Origin: the human T2T-CHM13v2.0 reference genome, Homo sapiens | Assembly: GCF_009914755.1 (NCBI RefSeq) | Contig: NC_060947.1 | DNA: 64,000 bases | Reading direction: 5' to 3' (one strand) | Part shown: positions 58,803-64,000 of the stretch, one piece after another | Layout: every line of letters starts with the position of its first letter | Position numbering within the stretch: position 1 is the stretch's first letter | Program-made: the position numbers and the translations under genes | Notes under the pieces: generated by a model | The model's input: the letters and a program-made list of their open reading frames with translations, nothing else | Told to the model about the DNA's origin: nothing | Databases searched by the model: none

Positions 58803-60339
58803 CACTACCTAGTCAATAGGAAAAGGGCCTCTCAGATCCCTCCAGTGTGATTTTTATAGAAAGCACTCACCTGGGCTGACGAGGAGACCACTGTGTAGAC
58901 CCCTGAGGGGAGCCCTTGTGTAGACACCAGCATGGGTGTGACTGGGAACAGGAGAAATGCACAGAGAATGCAGACTGTCCTCCAGAACAGTCACAGTCTC
59001 CCAGACTTCCCTCTGAGAAGATGGGACCTGGCATTTGGAGGGGATGCTACAGGGGAAGCAGCTGTGATTGAAAGGGGTAGATGGAGTCTGCACACTAGGC
59101 AGGCCGGGGAGGAGATTTGAGAGGACTCAGCTCAGACAGAACAGACCCGTCAAGTGCAGAACATCAGGACATAATATAGATCTGCATTTCTGGGAGCCAA
59201 TTTTTGAATGGGAAAGGCATGGCCAGATGACCCAGGTTCAAGCAGGCTGGATCCACAGTGGCAAAGTCAAAGAATCACAATGCATGCCATGAACCCACCA
59301 AAAGCACTGGGTCACACCCAGGTTGTGAGGCCAGGCTTGGTTTCCTTAAAGCCTTTTTGATGGGGCCCAGGGCCAGAGATGAGTGAACTTTAAGTGAAAG
59401 ATGGGTGCTGGGCTGATGAAAATGGCTTCACCTCCCCCTCACCGCTTTGCTTATCCTCTGTATGGTTGTGTGAAAACATTCCACTCACTCCTTCCCTCTG
59501 AGAAGCCTTATATTTGTCCACATGACTAGCTTTCTTCCAACCCCTGACAGCACTCACATGCACCTATTAGAGTAAATTACCCTGCAACCAAGAGACCCTG
59601 GGAAACGGAAAAGCAGAGGAAGTAGAACACTATGGAGCCAGGGAGCCAAGGGCATTCTCCCACTTATTGACCTATTTCCATATCCAAAAACCTAGGATTC
59701 ACTTGTTTAATAACTTTACTTTCAGGCCAGTAGAGCTAATTTGTTCTCCTGCTACTTCCCTCTCTAAGACAAAAATGCAAGGTGTTTTCCCATCAGAAAG
59801 AACGAGCTACCAGTCCCTGCATCAACCTGGATGAGTATCACAGCTGCTGCTTTGAGGAAAAGCAGCCAGACATACAAGAGTCCACGCAACCTGCTCCCAC
59901 CTCCGTGGACTTTACAGATAATGGAAAACATGGATGATGACGGAAGTCAGAAGAGTGGCTCCCTCAGGTGTAGAGACAGAGACTGGCCAAGGGCAGGAGG
60001 GGTACTGCTGGCTACGAAGGTGTAGACAGATGTAAAATGCATCATGCTGTATGCTTAAGATTAAGGGCATGTACACCGCATGCCTTTTACTGCTGGTAAG
60101 TAACCACTCCATTTAAAAGTTAAGTGGCTTTCAAATAATGTAAGATCTTAACAATGAAAACAACCCAGGAAGCACAGTGCTTCCAAGAAATCTATTCTGA
60201 CATGAGAAGAATGCATAACACGTTTGTTCTACATGTAACAGAAAACATGACTAATTGCTCTCAAAACATAAAGTGGTATATTTCCCACTCTATGAGAGTG
60301 ACATTTTGAATTGAGTGAAAAGCTTCCTGGAGCCTTGTT

Positions 60340-60720
60340 TGTAGATGAGAGGGTCATAAAATGTAAAAGGATGTATGCACAATGGAGTGCTGTTCAGCCT
60401 TTAAGAAGGAAATCTCCACATCTGCAGCAATGTGCATGAATCTGAAGCATATTATGCTAAATGAAATAAGACAGGCACAGAAAGACAAGTACCGCATGGT
60501 CCCACTTACATGTGGAATCAACAAAAGTCGAACTCACAGAAGCAGAGATGAGAATGGTGATTACCAGTGCCTCGGAGTTGGAGGGTAAAAGAGATGTTGG
60601 TCTAAGGATACAAACTTTCAGTTAGACCAGGAGGAATAATTTCATTGTGCAACATGGCCAAGATAGTAATAATGTATCATATTCTTGAAAATCACTGAGA
60701 GTAATTTCTAAGTATTCTTA

Positions 60721-60755
<35 letters not shown>

Positions 60756-60872
60756 GATAAGTGAGATAAGGCACATTAATTAGCTCAATGTAGACATTCC
60801 ACAATGGGTACATATTTCAAAAGATCACATTCTACACAATAAGCGTATACTATTTTATTTGTTCATTAAATA
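60340..60872 (+). mobile_element. L1MA-type 3' UTR containing (CA)16 at 60722-60753
   Basis: attatgctaaatgaaataagacaggcacagaaagacaag; ttaattagctcaatgtagacattccacaatg. Confidence 0.88.
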
Positions 60873-60885
60873 AATATATATATAA

Positions 60886-61195
<310 letters not shown>

Positions 61196-61784
61196 TAAAT
61201 AAATATATTTTTAAAGGTGAAAGGAAACAGAGGAAAGTATAACCAACAGCAGAATCTACTGTGGATGGCAACCATGTGGAAACAGCATCCTGTGCCATCA
61301 ACATCCTGGTGTCACGGATCCTTGTCCCTGGGGTTCACTATGGACGACCTCAAAGGTGGCGTGTGGAATTTCCGAGCCTGGCTTCAGCACCTTGAATGCA
61401 GACTTACTGTGATGTGATTCGCAAGGACAGCTGCATTTCAATCTCCGTGAGGGCTGGTCCATTAAACTTGATGTGTCTGTCTTATAACTACCACAGGGCA
61501 GCTGAGACGCTGGCCACCCTCCTTCAGAGGACCTGAGCCCAGACAAACCTGATGGTCACCTCCACCAAATGGGCGTATCTACCGTGTGTTTTGGTGTCTG
61601 CATAACTTCTAGCCCTTGTCGTGTTGCCTCAGGAAGACGTGAGTAGCTTGCATCTGGAAAATTAGACTGGAAAAGCAGACTCAAGTCTGAAATCTGTCTC
61701 AAAACCAGATGGCCTGGAGAGCTATTTTCATCTTTTTGTCTGCTCTTTTGCTACTCAGGTTCTAGGTTATTTAACTTATTTTTC

Positions 61785-62086
61785 TTTCTTTTTTCAACTT
61801 TTATTTTAGTTTCAGGGGGTACATGTGCAGGTTTGTTACCTGGGTATATTGTGTGATGCTGAGGTTTGGGGTACAAATGATCCCATCACCCAGACACTGA
61901 GCATGGTACCCAACAGTTAGTTTTTCAACCCTTTCCCCCTTTCACTCTCCCCCCTCCAGGCTCCCGTGTCTATTGTTGCCATCTTTATGTCCATGAATAC
62001 CCAATGTTTAGCTTATAAGTGAGAACTCACTTTTAAGTGAAATTATGCAGTATTTGGTTTTCTGTTCCTCCATTAATTGGCTTAGG
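61785..62086 (-). mobile_element. L1PA (old) 3' end
   Basis: caacttttattttagtttcagggggtacatgtgcaggtttgttacctggg...gcagtatttggttttctgttcc. Confidence 0.92.
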
Positions 62087-62776
62087 GTTTGTTCTTTTTC
62101 TTTTTTTTTTCTTCTTCTTTTTTTTTTTTTCAGCTGAGGATCTAGATCTAACCCAATGGGGTCGTCTTCTGTTCCAGATAGTTTCAGGAGTGATAATGAA
62201 AACCTCTCTGCAGCCTCCAACTTAGAAATAAGACACGCAATCTGTGGAATACAGTATTGTCAGCAGTAGGATGGTTTCCATGGTAAGGACCAGACTGTTT
62301 CAGTAGGTCACCCAGACTGTGCAGACTTGTCCCTGAGCTGCTAGAGACACAGATGAGCCAACCAGAAAAGCAATAAAAGTATGAAACAGAGATATTAAGG
62401 ATGCAAGAGTGTTGTTTACCGCAAATATTGTCTCCAGGCTGTCTGCACAATAAGCCTGGTGCTACATTTTAAATGCAGCCAGTAGTGACAGGAGAAAATT
62501 TTAAATGTCAAGCAAATTCAAAAGAAGACAAGAAAATGGTTTTAAACAAGGTCCTAAGGCATTCACTTGTAGAGCACCAGGGTGAAAATGAGCATTTCCT
62601 GGAAATTCAGCTGGCAAAATATCTCTATGCAACAGTGTAAGCTCTCCCAGAGCATCTTATTTTTTTACCTCCTGACTTTTCCAGGCTCCCTCTCCATTCG
62701 CTTCCAGCTGGGCATGAACAAAGACTGTGGAGTCATAAAGTCCTGGGTTTGATTCCCATCTGTGCCACTTATTTAG

Positions 62777-63217
<441 letters not shown>

Positions 63218-63399
63218 TAGGACTCTGAGAAGATGAAACAAAGCATTAGAACATATAGCATGCAGTATTCACATACCCCGATTCCCCTTTCTGCCCTTGT
63301 GAACTCTCACTGCTAAAAGTAGGCTGCGTAATGTGACTTAAATTCCAAAGTGCAGAATGAAGCAAGCATGCCTCTTTAGGAAAATCATGAAGATCTACA

Positions 63400-63602
63400 G
63401 CAGATGTCAGCAAGCTTCCTGTAAAGAATCAGATAGTAAATAATTTTGGCTTTGTGAGCCACATGGACTCTGTTGCAAATTCTCAACTCTGCCATTATAG
63501 CATGAAAGTAGCCGTAGACAATAGGTAAACAAGGGTGTGGCTCTTTCAATACAATTGTATTTACCAAAGCAGGCTGGAAGCCATAGTTTGCCAACCTCTG
63601 GT
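63400..63602. mobile_element. MER58A
   Basis: cagcaagcttcctgtaaag..cagatagtaaataattttggctttg...ccatagtttgccaacc. Confidence 0.88.
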
Positions 63603-63820
63603 CTATAGTTTATTGCTAAAAGTAGACTGTTGATTTCTGGTTTATTATAGTAAGTATATTCTTTAATGGCAGAGGATTAGAGAGAAAAGAACACTGAAAT
63701 TGGGAAAATTGCATTTGACTCCCGACAAGTCCACTTGCTGCTCATTTACTCTTGAGCAAATCACATAATGTCCTCAAGCTTTGTTCAAAAGTTTGCTGAG
63801 AGGCTTAAATGCAGGAGGAG

Positions 63821-64000
63821 TAGAGTAGTCAATTTCATGTGTCAACTGCACTGGACTACAGGGAGCCCAGATACTTGGTCAAACATGGTTCTGGGTGTAT
63901 GTGACGGTGTTTCTGGATGAGATTCCCATTTGAATCCATAGACTGAATAAACCATAATGCCCTCCCCAGTGTGGATGAGCTTCATTCAATTAGTTGAAGG
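63821..64000 (+). mobile_element. MLT2 (ERVL) LTR 5' part, runs off the window
   Basis: aatttcatgtgtcaact...cccagatacttggtcaaaca...tttctggatgagatt. Confidence 0.9.

Noticed and set aside
63821-64000. MLT2 LTR as the cognate LTR of the HERV-L fragment
   Set aside because: 22 kb away and on the opposite strand.

Overview
Primate (human-like) non-coding genomic DNA, AT-rich and dominated by interspersed repeats: about 17 Alu copies or fragments, several old L1 remnants, MaLR LTRs (THE1/MST/MLT1), an ERV1-class solo LTR, an MLT2 LTR, DNA-transposon fossils (MER20, MER58, MER33, Tigger) and microsatellites. I see no intact protein-coding gene, RNA gene or CpG island; the supplied ORFs are repeat-derived, low-complexity or chance. 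Notable structures: (1) an apparently chimeric THE1-LTR / HERV-L pol insertion (39936-41704) bounded by TG...CA and one shared 5-bp target-site duplication (TSD); (2) a ~640-bp inverted duplication (1757-2393 / 3405-4045) with a substitution-free core, diverged edges and a multi-fragment templated junction; (3) further short, locally templated repair scars in nearby L1s; (4) a ~330-bp polypurine tract with 72 GAA triplets; (5) a few isolated well-formed splice-site pairs that may be lncRNA exons. Repeat subfamily names come from remembered consensus sequences, and repeat boundaries are approximate unless a TSD is quoted.
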